From positions 1-27,337 of the IMG/VR virus record IMGVR_UViG_3300024051_000012: a DNA stretch of 27,337 bases, one strand, 5' to 3'. Within the stretch, counting starts at the first letter, position 1. Every line of letters starts with the position of its first letter. The position numbers were made by a program, and so were the translations under genes. This DNA is from a virus. Taxonomy: Duplodnaviria; Caudoviricetes. Below are positions 16,310 through 25,682 of the stretch, piece after piece. The notes beneath the pieces were generated by a model. That model searched no databases and had not been told where the DNA came from. It was given only the letters and a program-made list of their open reading frames with translations.

Positions 16310-16890
16310 GGCGCCTCGCCAGTGACGACCGCGGCGCCAGCGAACCTGCCGCGCAAGCGTGCAATGGTCGCATCTGGCAGATCCATCGGGGAAACCACTT
16401 CATCGTCGCCGCGCGTGAACGACCGCTGGTAGTCGTCGATGTGCTCGGCAGAGTCGCCGCGATGGGGGTTGTAGCCGTCGTCCATCCGTGCAACACCCGC
16501 CGCCACGAGAGAGCAGACGAGATCAACCACGTCAGCGGGTGCGGCCTTGAGCCCCTGCGTATACGTGACAGTCACGACAGACGGCTCGCCTACGGAGCCC
16601 CACCCGGCATTGCGGTAGAGGCGGTTGCCCGCCCACTTGTAGTCCGTGACTGGCTCGTCGTTGATTGCCACGGCCAACACCGAACGGATGACAAATCCTG
16701 GCAAGGTGAGCGACCGGGACGGCGGCGCGAAAAGCGTGACCGTCCCGGTCGTCTCAGTGATGGAGCACCCAGCGGCCTCACGCACCGCCGCCGAGGCGGC
16801 CGACAGCAGCGCAGAAGCTGCCTCATCTGACGATGCGGCAATTCCACGCGCTTCGAGGTCGGCGAGCGACGCGAGGGCCTTGAGTGTCAT
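16306..16890 (-). CDS. Head-to-tail adaptor
   Basis: LASLADLEARG...ASAAVREAAG...VTVTYTQG...IDDY motifs; directly after the capsid. Confidence 0.8.
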   Translation of the reverse strand: MTLKALASLADLEARGIAASSDEAASALLSAASAAVREAAGCSITETTGTVTLFAPPSRSLTLPGFVIRSVLAVAINDEPVTDYKWAGNRLYRNAGWGSVGEPSVVTVTYTQGLKAAPADVVDLVCSLVAAGVARMDDGYNPHRGDSAEHIDDYQRSFTRGDDEVVSPMDLPDATIARLRGRFAGAAVVTGEAP

Positions 16891-16901
16891 CGGAGCCTGC
16901 C

Positions 16902-17963
16902 TTACGCGACCTTCACGGACGCGACCACGAGGCCGCTAGCGCGGACCACCTTCGCGCCGTACAGGTGCAGGCCCTTGAGGGCGTCAGCGAACCGCTTTTC
17001 GGGCTGGTACGCAACGACCTTGTTGATCTGCTCCGCGTAGGAGGTGGCGATGGGAGAGCCAGCGATGGCCACCCGCTGGGCGCCGGTAAGGACGGTGTCG
17101 GTCTGCGACGCCGCAGCCGATCCGGCCTTGTCCATGGTCGCCACCGAGCCGTCCGCGTTCACCGAAGCGATCTTCGTGCTCGAGGCGATGTTGGTGCCGG
17201 TCACGGTCAGGCCGACGTCGCCCTGCGAGAACGTTCCGGGGTCGCCCGTCAGGGTCTTCGCCGTGGTCGCCACGGCGATGCTGTCGGTGATCGCGCGGGC
17301 CGCGACAGGGGCGTTGTTCGACTTGAGAATGGTGAAGCCTGCGGCCTCACCAACCACGCCGTTGCGCAGGCCGCTGGACGTGCCAGCTTCGTTGGCCTTG
17401 ATGAAACGGCTGTCGAGCAGGAGCCGACCGTAGCTGGCGGGGTCGAGTACGATCCAGCGGCCATCGGTCGGGACGTTCTGCTCGTCAAGCTTCACGCTTG
17501 CAGGCACCAGCAGGTTGTCGTAGACGTTGGATGCGGTCGTGCCGTCGATGACTCCGAGGGCCCCCGCCGCGGCACCGACCATGCGGGAAGCCACGAACTT
17601 GTCGGCGACATCCCGCAGACCAAACGCAGCGCGCTGCGTCGCCTCCGTCATGAGCCGTCCACCATCGCGCGACTGGCGACGGTCGATGTCGTCAATCTGG
17701 AAGTTGAACGCCTTCGACTGGTCGATGACGAGGGTCTGGTCCGAGTCGGTCAGCGTCTCCGGGTCGGACAGGTTGGTGTCCTTGGCGTAGTCCACGATGG
17801 TGGGGTCGGCCACCGAAGTGATGCGGACAGTGTCGCCGTAATTGGCGATTTCTCCCTCGTAGTTGCGGTTCACGCAGGGCGCACCGCCGTACACGAGAGA
17901 CTTGGAGAGGACGGACAGCAGGTTCGCGGACCAGACCTCGGGGATGAACTTGGTGATCGCCAT
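16902..17963 (-). CDS. Major capsid protein (HK97 fold, P22-coat-like family) with inserted beta-domain
   Basis: FIPEVWSANLL, VNRNYEGEI, GDTVRI, LDEQNVPTDGRW, FADALKGLHLYGAKVVR; AAGGAG RBS. Confidence 0.93.
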   Translation of the reverse strand: MAITKFIPEVWSANLLSVLSKSLVYGGAPCVNRNYEGEIANYGDTVRITSVADPTIVDYAKDTNLSDPETLTDSDQTLVIDQSKAFNFQIDDIDRRQSRDGGRLMTEATQRAAFGLRDVADKFVASRMVGAAAGALGVIDGTTASNVYDNLLVPASVKLDEQNVPTDGRWIVLDPASYGRLLLDSRFIKANEAGTSSGLRNGVVGEAAGFTILKSNNAPVAARAITDSIAVATTAKTLTGDPGTFSQGDVGLTVTGTNIASSTKIASVNADGSVATMDKAGSAAASQTDTVLTGAQRVAIAGSPIATSYAEQINKVVAYQPEKRFADALKGLHLYGAKVVRASGLVVASVKVA

Positions 17964-17975
17964 GGTGGCGCTCCT

Positions 17976-18671
17976 TTACTTGGTCGTGGTGATGCCGAGC
18001 AGGTCGTTGAGTTGCCCCTTGTTCTGGGCCTCCACGATCTGATCGGGGGTCATGGACGCGAGTTGCTCGCGGGTGAGCTGCGTAACCCCGGCTGCATTGC
18101 GCGCACCGGCGTCGGCAGAGCCCTGGAATCGAGTCGTGGACTCGGCTGCCAGGTACGGCTTGGATTCGATGAGGGCGCTGATGGCGGCTTCAATGGCCGC
18201 GGCATCAACATCTCCGTCGTCGTTGACCTCAAACTGCGTGAGGTCAAGGAACTTGAGCGCGTCAGCGGGGTCGGACAGTTTGCCCGTAGCGGCCGCCTTG
18301 ACTTCCGCGTTGAGGATGCGCTGATTGAAGCGCTGATCGGCGGCAAGGCGAGCGTCCTGCTCGGCCTTCCATTCGGCCTCGCGGCCCTCGGCGGCGGCCT
18401 TCAATCGCTCGACCTCCGCCTTCGCGTCTGCGACCTCCTTGCGGGCGGCGTTCCGCTCTGCCTTCATCGCGTCGATGGCCTTCTTGCCAGCGTCGCCAAG
18501 TTCTGCGGGGCCAGTTGACGTGTCAGCGCCTGTCGTAGTCGAGCCGGGTTGCTGCTCGCCTGCCGTCTGACTCGCGTCGCCGCCTGCGGGGTCAGTTTCG
18601 CCAGCTTCGCCCTCGGCGCCAGCCAGGCTCAGCAGGCCGTGGCGCGCAAAAATCGTCCATCGGTTCTTCAT
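17976..18671 (-). CDS. Capsid scaffolding protein
   Basis: LGDAGKKAIDAMKAERN coiled coil, LSDPADAL, KPYLAA and FQGSADAG motifs; GGGAG RBS before ATG 18671. Confidence 0.85.
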   Translation of the reverse strand: MKNRWTIFARHGLLSLAGAEGEAGETDPAGGDASQTAGEQQPGSTTTGADTSTGPAELGDAGKKAIDAMKAERNAARKEVADAKAEVERLKAAAEGREAEWKAEQDARLAADQRFNQRILNAEVKAAATGKLSDPADALKFLDLTQFEVNDDGDVDAAAIEAAISALIESKPYLAAESTTRFQGSADAGARNAAGVTQLTREQLASMTPDQIVEAQNKGQLNDLLGITTTK

Positions 18672-18720
18672 GGGTTCTCCCGTTGCGGGTAGGCACGCGC
18701 CCCTTGCGGACGAGTGAGGT

Positions 18721-19761
18721 CTAGGTGATGCCGAGCCAGCCGTGGTCGCGCAGGAGACGCTCAGCGTGAGCCTTGTTCTCGGCAATCTGGAAAATTGATT
18801 CAGGCATCAGACGAGGGGCGTTGATGCGGCGGTAGCGGCCGTCCTTGGACTCGCCCATCGCGGACAGGGCACGCACGCGTGACATCTGGTGGTAAGCGAC
18901 ACCCCGACGCGTCGTGCCTTCCAGCGTGTACTTGACGCTCTTGCCATAGATCTGCGCCGTGCGAATGCCGCCGGTCTTGCGGTAGGCGTTGATGAGTTGG
19001 TTCATCGTCTGTGTCGGCGAGTCTTGGCCGAACTCCAACCAGGTGCGCGCGTTGGCCTTCGAGCCGAGCACTTTCGCCAGCGATGACTCGTCGAGCGAAT
19101 GCAGATAGTCCACCGCGTTGACACGCATGTCCTCCGCCACGGACTCCGGCGCCGGCACGTGAATGCAGTCGCATCCAGGATGCCGCTCGAAGCCCCGGTT
19201 CATCCTGAACCACTTGCCAGCGAGCACCACGCACCGACCACATGACGGCGGAGTGAGCATCCGCACGTAGCCCGCTACGGGACGCGCATAGGTTGCCGCC
19301 TGCTCCACGCCACGCGCGGTGTCGCTCAGGAGCGAACCAAGGGATGCCGATAGCCACTGCGATCCAGCCGCGAGGGCCTCCGGCGTGGAGGCCCCCTCCT
19401 TTATGGCGCTCTTTGTGTGGATGACGGCGCCATACAGTAGCGACTCCGTAGGCCGCCCGTCGCCCACGGTGCCGACCCATTGGCGCGTATCAATCGACCA
19501 GGATGGTACGTCTGATTTCGCCAGTCCGGTTGCGTGCAACGTGGCGGGAACGAACTCTGCGGCCGCCACCGCGACTCGCTTCTGAGCGGTATTCGCGATG
19601 GCGATCAGGCTTGGTGCGATCCTCACAAAGTCGGCATCAAGTTCGTCGCCCATACGTCGCCATTGGCGTAGCGCTGCGCGAATTGCCTCCACGCGCTCTC
19701 GGCGCTGCCGAGCGTCGTACTCCACTGCCACTGACGGCAGGCTTTGGGTCGGCATGGCCAT
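18721..19761 (-). CDS. MuF-like minor head / capsid maturation protein
   Basis: GYVRMLTPPSCGRCVVLAG...FERHPGCDCIHVP; between portal and scaffold. Confidence 0.8.
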   Translation of the reverse strand: MAMPTQSLPSVAVEYDARQRRERVEAIRAALRQWRRMGDELDADFVRIAPSLIAIANTAQKRVAVAAAEFVPATLHATGLAKSDVPSWSIDTRQWVGTVGDGRPTESLLYGAVIHTKSAIKEGASTPEALAAGSQWLSASLGSLLSDTARGVEQAATYARPVAGYVRMLTPPSCGRCVVLAGKWFRMNRGFERHPGCDCIHVPAPESVAEDMRVNAVDYLHSLDESSLAKVLGSKANARTWLEFGQDSPTQTMNQLINAYRKTGGIRTAQIYGKSVKYTLEGTTRRGVAYHQMSRVRALSAMGESKDGRYRRINAPRLMPESIFQIAENKAHAERLLRDHGWLGIT

Positions 19762-19764
19762 GCG

Positions 19765-21216
19765 CTACGCCCCGGCTTGCTGCGCCTTCTGCTCCTCGCG
19801 CACCAAGTAAGGATCCTCGCCCTCGGCGCGAACCATCTGCATGATCCGCTCGACACGCGACGGCGAGTATCCGTAAATGTCCTCGAGGACTGACTGGAAT
19901 GGCATGCCGGCGCTGCGCGCCTTGATTGCTGCGTCGGAAACCTGGATGTCGGACGCTGATGCCGGATTGCGCCAACGCACATGCCCGCTACGTGCGGCCT
20001 CAGCTATCTTCGTGTTGGACCGCACTAGCGCGAACAGGCGGAACACTTCGCGCAGTGCCGAGGCGTGGGGCCCCTGCGCCACGGCAACCTTTGCCACGAG
20101 CGGCGCATCGAGCGCAGTCAATGTCTCGCCATTCACGTTTCCGAGCTCACCGTGGATGAGGTAGATCGGGGTGGATGTCTGCGCGGCAATGTGCTTCACG
20201 GCGACGTTGATCGTTGACGTAAACACGTCAAGGCTCGCCGGGTCCCATTGCCCGATGGTCGTGCTCTGGCCGGTCAGCCACAGCAGGCGGCCCTGCTTCA
20301 GCGCCTCATGATCGACGGGCTGCTCGCCGACCACTTGCCCATCCTCATCAAGAATCGGCATCTTCGGCGGCGCTTGGCCCATCACCACGCGGGCTGGCAT
20401 CGATGCGTAGTCTGCCGCCACAAACAAGTACGCCCACAGCAGGTTGACGGCGTTTTGCATCGCGATGGTGCCGGAGATGTCAGACAGCGGCCCCACGCCC
20501 AGGCGTGGACGATTGGGGAACTCGACGACCGGCACCACCCCAAGCGGGTTGCGCAACGGCCACGTGGCGTCCGAATTGCCCTGGCGTGGCGCCCATCCAC
20601 CGCCAAATCCCAGCGACGCTGGCAGATACAGCCCTGAGTCCGAGGTGCCATCGGCGTTGCGGCGCTCGTAGGTCTTGCGCGACCACTTCCACACCTCGTT
20701 CGGCGTGTACAGCGTCAAGAACTCGAGGTCGTCGTCAGTCCAGGTCTTGAGCGCGAAGCGACGCACGCGCGGACGCTCCACATCGTGCTCGACGATGACC
20801 TGCGACGGGTGCTCCCATGACAGCGTCGGCTCGTCATTCTCGTCGCCCCACACGAGCGCGAAGGAGCGCTTTGACACGGTAGATGTCTGGAAGCCCTGCG
20901 CGGACTGTGCTGGGCCGTCGTTGGTCTCCCAGTCGCGCCAGAGCACCTGCTCATCTGCGCTGAGTGGGTCCGTGTCGTCGCCGAGCCGGAATCCATCTAC
21001 GATCAGACGCTGTGCAGGTGCGGCGCCTACGACGCCACACCAATTGTCCGAAAACCCCTCGTAGCGCCCCTCGTGGAGTGCGCGCCATTCGCGCGTCGCA
21101 AACTTGAGGGGTTGCTTGCCATCAAAGTGGCTCTCGGTCTCTTGGATGCTCGGGCGGCGAGCAGCGAGCGCATCGTATAGCTGCATGGCCTTTGTGAGGG
21201 CGGCTACGGCGTCCAC
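19765..21216 (-). CDS. Portal protein (SPP1 gp6-like)
   Basis: 483 aa after terminase; DNWCGVV, NPLGVVPVVEFPNRP and ADYASMPARVVMG motifs; GGAGG RBS with GTG. Confidence 0.92.
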   Translation of the reverse strand: MDAVAALTKAMQLYDALAARRPSIQETESHFDGKQPLKFATREWRALHEGRYEGFSDNWCGVVGAAPAQRLIVDGFRLGDDTDPLSADEQVLWRDWETNDGPAQSAQGFQTSTVSKRSFALVWGDENDEPTLSWEHPSQVIVEHDVERPRVRRFALKTWTDDDLEFLTLYTPNEVWKWSRKTYERRNADGTSDSGLYLPASLGFGGGWAPRQGNSDATWPLRNPLGVVPVVEFPNRPRLGVGPLSDISGTIAMQNAVNLLWAYLFVAADYASMPARVVMGQAPPKMPILDEDGQVVGEQPVDHEALKQGRLLWLTGQSTTIGQWDPASLDVFTSTINVAVKHIAAQTSTPIYLIHGELGNVNGETLTALDAPLVAKVAVAQGPHASALREVFRLFALVRSNTKIAEAARSGHVRWRNPASASDIQVSDAAIKARSAGMPFQSVLEDIYGYSPSRVERIMQMVRAEGEDPYLVREEQKAQQAGA

Positions 21217-21234
21217 GCAGTCACCTCCCTCGGG

Positions 21235-22827
21235 TCACATCACGAATGCGTATTCGTTGGTTTGGGCGCCAAGTGCGCGAACGTCTGATGCGGCCTCGTG
21301 CGCCAGCACGTCAGCCATGAGAATGTCGATCTTTTGATGCTCGGACGGCTTGCCGAGGACGTACTTGTCGCCTGCCTTCGCGACCTTGCGGGCGTTGAGG
21401 AAGTGAGTGCGCGCCGCGGTCTCATCATCATGCGTCGTGAGACCCTCTGCGCAGTCCTCTAGATAGCGCACGAGGGCCGCGAACATCTGCTGGATGCGGT
21501 TCGTGTACCACAAGATCACGCGGTCCTCGCCGAAGGCATCCGCCCACGCGTCCGCCTGCGTCTCCCAGTGGAGCGGATCGACATACAGTCGCTTCACGGT
21601 GTATCGGGCGAACATCTCGCGCACCGCTGAGTCAACCTCGCCGCGCGGAATGCGCCCCTCAGGCCACTCCGCCGGGTTCCAATAAGTCGGACGGTCATCT
21701 GGCCCATACGTCGGGGTGAAGCGATGCCCGTCGATTGTCTCTGCGCGCAGCGCCGTCCAGTCGCCAGACCGTGACCCGTCAAAGCCGAGTGTGACGGCCG
21801 TGCGGGGCTTGACCTCAACGACAGCGGCAGTGGCATCAACGAGCGGCTCGCCCATGAACGCGCCAAGCCCCTGCACGAGACGATTGCCAAAGAAGCGCTC
21901 AGCCTGCGTGGGGTCGGTCTCCACAAGCTCGGCGGCCTCGGCGTCAATGTCTCTGATGTTCACCCAGGGGGATTCCGCATACACATATGCGTGAATCTTG
22001 TGACGGTCCGCCTTGTTGCCGTAGGACAGATCGGCGGGCGGCTTGCGATAGTAGCGAAAGATGTCCTTTGCGCGAGATTCGAACGCGATCTGCGCAGCTG
22101 AGTTCTCCATGGGGTCCCACGGGTTCGTCAGCTCGAGCGACCTGCCCTGGGTGCCGGCGATGCCACGTCGAGACGTCTGCCACGCCTTGAGAATCGAGCC
22201 CGTATATAGCCCTGACTCGTCGCCGAGCAGGAACGTGAGCGGCTTGCCGAGCTTCGACTTCGCCGCCGCCGTCATGACGTCGATACGGCCATCGTTGGGT
22301 AGGCGCATGAACCCTTCGCGGACCTTCACGATGTCATCGAGGGGTCCTGATCGCACAAACTGCTGAAGCGGCGCGTAGACGTTGTCCACCTGATCCTCAG
22401 CGGTGGCCATCAGCCCGATCAGGGACTGCTCGCGCGGAACTCCCATCGCCTCGCCCGGCTCGTAGTGGTACTCCCAACCACAGAGACAACCGTGCTCCGA
22501 GCAGCGATACACCTCGCGGCCGCGAGCCCACCCGGCGAATAGCGATGGGCCGACCGCCTCGAAGAGCGTGAGAGCGGCGCCAAACGGAGACTTGCCAGAC
22601 TTCTGCGGGCCGACGATCACCGAGCGGCGATGCACGAACGGATCGTTGAGCTTAAGCGGGTTTGGCTGCGCCCCCGGGGCGATCTCGTAATGACCAATCG
22701 CGCATCTCAACTGCCAGCCGTCCATGACGAACGGCTCACCGCGGTAGACGCCAGCGGTCACGGTGCAATGCGCTGTCGCCCAGTCCGCAAACAGGTAGCC
22801 AAGCGAGGCGTTCTGATCACCTGTCAT
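21235..22827 (-). CDS. terL: Terminase large subunit
   Basis: Walker A GPQKSGKS, Walker B FLLGDESG, RNase H-like LGFDGS and KIDILMA; start placed at ATG 22827. Confidence 0.93.
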   Translation of the reverse strand: MTGDQNASLGYLFADWATAHCTVTAGVYRGEPFVMDGWQLRCAIGHYEIAPGAQPNPLKLNDPFVHRRSVIVGPQKSGKSPFGAALTLFEAVGPSLFAGWARGREVYRCSEHGCLCGWEYHYEPGEAMGVPREQSLIGLMATAEDQVDNVYAPLQQFVRSGPLDDIVKVREGFMRLPNDGRIDVMTAAAKSKLGKPLTFLLGDESGLYTGSILKAWQTSRRGIAGTQGRSLELTNPWDPMENSAAQIAFESRAKDIFRYYRKPPADLSYGNKADRHKIHAYVYAESPWVNIRDIDAEAAELVETDPTQAERFFGNRLVQGLGAFMGEPLVDATAAVVEVKPRTAVTLGFDGSRSGDWTALRAETIDGHRFTPTYGPDDRPTYWNPAEWPEGRIPRGEVDSAVREMFARYTVKRLYVDPLHWETQADAWADAFGEDRVILWYTNRIQQMFAALVRYLEDCAEGLTTHDDETAARTHFLNARKVAKAGDKYVLGKPSEHQKIDILMADVLAHEAASDVRALGAQTNEYAFVM

Positions 22828-23293
22828 CGCCAACAGCCTCGAGGCGCCGAGCGCGCTCGCGGGCATTCGGCAAACGGGCTGGCGCCTCGGTTTCGGCGCG
22901 CTTCGCGGCCACTTCGTCTGTAGCGATCTTGTAGCCGGCGCGATTCAGGGCGTCGTTACTGAGGAGGATGTCGCCCTCACGCTGGCGCAGTGCAGCCCAC
23001 AGCGAGGCGGGAGCCTCGGGGTCCTCGAGCATGGCCTTGATGCGGCACCAGTCCGCGACCTGCGGGATGACCCACGACCACTGCGGGGTTGCCCAAAGCG
23101 CCGCCTGTGGCGTTGACCACGCCCACGCCCACCAACTGAGCGATGACCCGATAGCGGGCCCCGGGTAGTCCGGCACCTCGCCCGTATATCCCTCAGCGGG
23201 GAGCGCCGTAAACGCAAGCTTGCGCATCTCCGACCTGCCGGAGCCTGGGCTAGGGGGGGGTCCTGACCTCTTCCTGGCGCCACCACTGGGCAT
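22817..23293 (-). CDS. terS: Terminase small subunit
   Basis: MPSGGARKRSGPPP N-terminus, WWAWAWSTPQAALW; AGGAGG RBS; overlaps terL start. Confidence 0.85.
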   Translation of the reverse strand: MPSGGARKRSGPPPSPGSGRSEMRKLAFTALPAEGYTGEVPDYPGPAIGSSLSWWAWAWSTPQAALWATPQWSWVIPQVADWCRIKAMLEDPEAPASLWAALRQREGDILLSNDALNRAGYKIATDEVAAKRAETEAPARLPNARERARRLEAVGDDR

Positions 23294-23384
23294 GATTACC
23301 TCCTACCCGCATTGCGCGGCTGAGAGCCGCATTGCGCAGGCTCGAGGATGCTGAAGCTGGGCGAGGTGGGTCGGTTTGAACCCT

Positions 23385-23450
23385 TCGCGCGTTTTTTTGC
23401 CCTCCCCGGCGGTCACGCGCCGAGTCAACGAGGGGCCACCCCCCGGTCCA
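23385..23450 (-). other. Putative cos/packaging initiation region
   Basis: Non-coding gap between HNH and terS with G-run, ACCGCCGGGGAGGG and a 7-nt A-tract on the minus strand. Confidence 0.55.
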
Positions 23451-23462
23451 TCTGATGGTGCG

Positions 23463-23846
23463 TCACTGCGTGGCGTTCCATCCGCCTCGCGAGGTGCGAG
23501 CGGTGCGCGCATCGTGGCAGTGCTTGCACTTGCCGCGACCGTATTGCGGATCGTTGGGGTCAAGTCCTTGCGCCTCAAGGTCGCGTCGCTCGATTGGATC
23601 GTGGTCGGCTACCACCGACCTGGCCCCACACATGCCCTCGTGATGTCCGCATTCGCCGAGGCAAACGCAGTACGGGTTCTTGGCGAGAACCTCTGCACGA
23701 AAGCTGCGGTGGCCTCGCGTTGAATAGGGGTTACCTTCGGGCCGCCTAGCCGCCTCGGCCTTGGCGGCGCATGCCGGGCATCGACCCTTGCCGTGGTGAA
23801 GATTCGGGCACCCTGGCGTGGAGCATGGGCGCATGGTCGCACTCAC
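23463..23846 (-). CDS. HNH endonuclease (terminase-associated)
   Basis: CSTPGCP...CPAC N-terminus, VADHD...GRGKCKHCHDART; GTG coupled to the upstream stop. Confidence 0.88.
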   Translation of the reverse strand: MSATMRPCSTPGCPNLHHGKGRCPACAAKAEAARRPEGNPYSTRGHRSFRAEVLAKNPYCVCLGECGHHEGMCGARSVVADHDPIERRDLEAQGLDPNDPQYGRGKCKHCHDARTARTSRGGWNATQ

Positions 23847-24469
23847 GCGCCCTCCATCCTGGCCGTCACGTGGGCGGCTATGGCGTGGCGTTGCACTGCC
23901 TCATGGCTGGACAGCCACGGGCCGTCGGGGAGGCTCTGGTGTGCTGTGCGGACCTTGACGTCTGGTGCGATGACGTCCGGGTCACCCAACATGTTGCCGT
24001 ACAGCGAGCGCTTGTCGAGCAGGGGCCTGGTCGCCACGATGTCGAGCGCCTCGAGCATCACGTCGGACCGGATCGGCATCGGCACGTGCGCCTCGTAGTC
24101 CCAGGTGGGCAGGTCCATCATGACAAGACGGTCGCGGGTGGCGAGTTTGCGGCGCGTGTAGATGCCCCGCTCGGCTCGGGTTTCGAGTTTCCCGATGGCC
24201 CACATGACCGGCTGAGCGTCGTCGAGCCAGTAGATGTCGTCGGCGGACCAGATGAAGTGCTCGAATGTCTCGCACGCGAGCCGCATCGCGTTGTTGGTGT
24301 TGACGAAGACGTCATGGCCTTGCGCCATCGGCAGGTGCTGGTCAGCGAGGCCGAGGTCGTGGCCAATGGTTGCGACTTGGTAGTCCGTGTGGTGGTGGAT
24401 GGATGCTATGGCGAGCGCCAGGGTGTCATTACGCGGCGACGCGGCTACGGGGATTACCACGACTGCCAT
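23843..24469 (-). CDS. Phage GT-A/Stealth-like glycosyl- or phosphotransferase-like protein (208 aa)
   Basis: FIWSADDIYW (DD motif), YEAHVPMPI, KRSLYGN, DVKV; true start ATG 24469 just after the upstream stop. Confidence 0.65.
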   Translation of the reverse strand: MAVVVIPVAASPRNDTLALAIASIHHHTDYQVATIGHDLGLADQHLPMAQGHDVFVNTNNAMRLACETFEHFIWSADDIYWLDDAQPVMWAIGKLETRAERGIYTRRKLATRDRLVMMDLPTWDYEAHVPMPIRSDVMLEALDIVATRPLLDKRSLYGNMLGDPDVIAPDVKVRTAHQSLPDGPWLSSHEAVQRHAIAAHVTARMEGA

Positions 24470-24471
24470 GG

Positions 24472-25035
24472 CTATGACCCGAGGCGCTCCTGCACGATCC
24501 GCGTCCATCCGATGCTGTCGAGGTGCGCCTTCGCCTCGCGGGTGCCTTGGTTGGTGGAGATCCCGAACCGCACACGGGTGCCAATGTTTTCCAACGGCAT
24601 CCACGTGACGCCGGTGCGCTTCACGGCGAGCCACAGGGCGCTGTGGTCTCCACCTTCCCAGTAGGCGAGGATGTCGATCCAGGCGCGCAAGAACTCGCGG
24701 GTGGAGTGCGTGTTGGGCAGATAGTGCACGTGTCCGTATGGGCGACCGTTGGGCTTGGCTGCCCACCCGATCACGTCTGTCTGCGGGTAGTCCCACGCCT
24801 TGAGGATGGTGCTGTCCACATCGACGTACACCAGGTTCTCGCCGTGCTTGTCGAGTTGTTCGAGCATGAACTTGGGCTTTCCGCGCGTGATGGCGAGGTA
24901 GTCGTCACCGTAGGAGCGCTTCACGATGCTCGCAGGCATCCCGACGGCTTTGCATTCGGCGCGCAGACGCTTCGCGTGCTCGGCATACTCGCCGTGTGTC
25001 AGCGGCGTGTCCTGGTAGAACGCGACGAGCTTCAT
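24472..25035 (-). CDS. Nucleotide-diphospho-sugar transferase (GT-A, DxD)
   Basis: KPKFMLEQLDK...LVYVDVDSTI, then FLRAW...DHSAL; ATGA-coupled. Confidence 0.8.
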   Translation of the reverse strand: MKLVAFYQDTPLTHGEYAEHAKRLRAECKAVGMPASIVKRSYGDDYLAITRGKPKFMLEQLDKHGENLVYVDVDSTILKAWDYPQTDVIGWAAKPNGRPYGHVHYLPNTHSTREFLRAWIDILAYWEGGDHSALWLAVKRTGVTWMPLENIGTRVRFGISTNQGTREAKAHLDSIGWTRIVQERLGS

Positions 25036-25682
25036 AGGTCTGAGATTCCTTCCAGGAGGTCATGCTGTATGGCCTCAATGGGGCGCGTCATGGAGGTAGC
25101 GAAGTCGGTCCATTTCGTGTCGCCGCCGATGACCTCGGCGCAGTACAGGCGCATGAACGGTATGCCGTATGACGCTGCGACGATGCATCCGTGGAGCGAC
25201 GATGAGACGACCGCTTCGCATTCGGCGATCTGGCGACACACATCCTCGGGCTCTTGGCGTGTGTCAATCTCGAACGCGCCGAACGGCGTTGGCCGCATGT
25301 CCACGTAGTGCCGCACGAATCCGAGCCGGTGCTTCTTGTGTCCCGCCGCCCAGAAGTGTGATGCCAGCAGGCCAGGATCGCCGAGTGGCACGTTGACGCC
25401 GAGCATGTCGGCGGTGAGGTGGCCGCGCACTGCTCGCACGTCGAGCGCTGGCAGCTTCTGCGGGGGATCTTTGTGGTAGCCAGTGCCCCAGACGATCGTG
25501 CCAGGCCGGAGCGGTTCGAGGGCGTGCTTTTGGAGGATGGAGCCGGTCGTGAGTATCTCGGCCTTACCGAAGCGAACCCATTCTGTTGTGTGGCCGAGGC
25601 GTTCGAGGAATATGTGACCGAGTTCGTCCCCGAAGTTGGTGAAGCGGCGGGGGCGCGCCCACCAGGTCCGTAGGTGCGCCAC
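25032..25682 (-). CDS. Polysaccharide pyruvyl transferase family protein (ExoV-like)
   Basis: NFGDEL, GSIL, VWGTG, AVRGHLT, LGDPGLL, VVSSSLHGCIVAASYGIP; GGGAGG RBS before GTG 25682. Confidence 0.88.
   Translation of the reverse strand: MAHLRTWWARPRRFTNFGDELGHIFLERLGHTTEWVRFGKAEILTTGSILQKHALEPLRPGTIVWGTGYHKDPPQKLPALDVRAVRGHLTADMLGVNVPLGDPGLLASHFWAAGHKKHRLGFVRHYVDMRPTPFGAFEIDTRQEPEDVCRQIAECEAVVSSSLHGCIVAASYGIPFMRLYCAEVIGGDTKWTDFATSMTRPIEAIQHDLLEGISDL

Noticed and set aside
3420-18518. Long + strand ORFs such as 3420..4913, 6965..8317 and 16884..18518
   Set aside because: Antisense shadows of real minus-strand genes in high-GC DNA; no motifs or RBS
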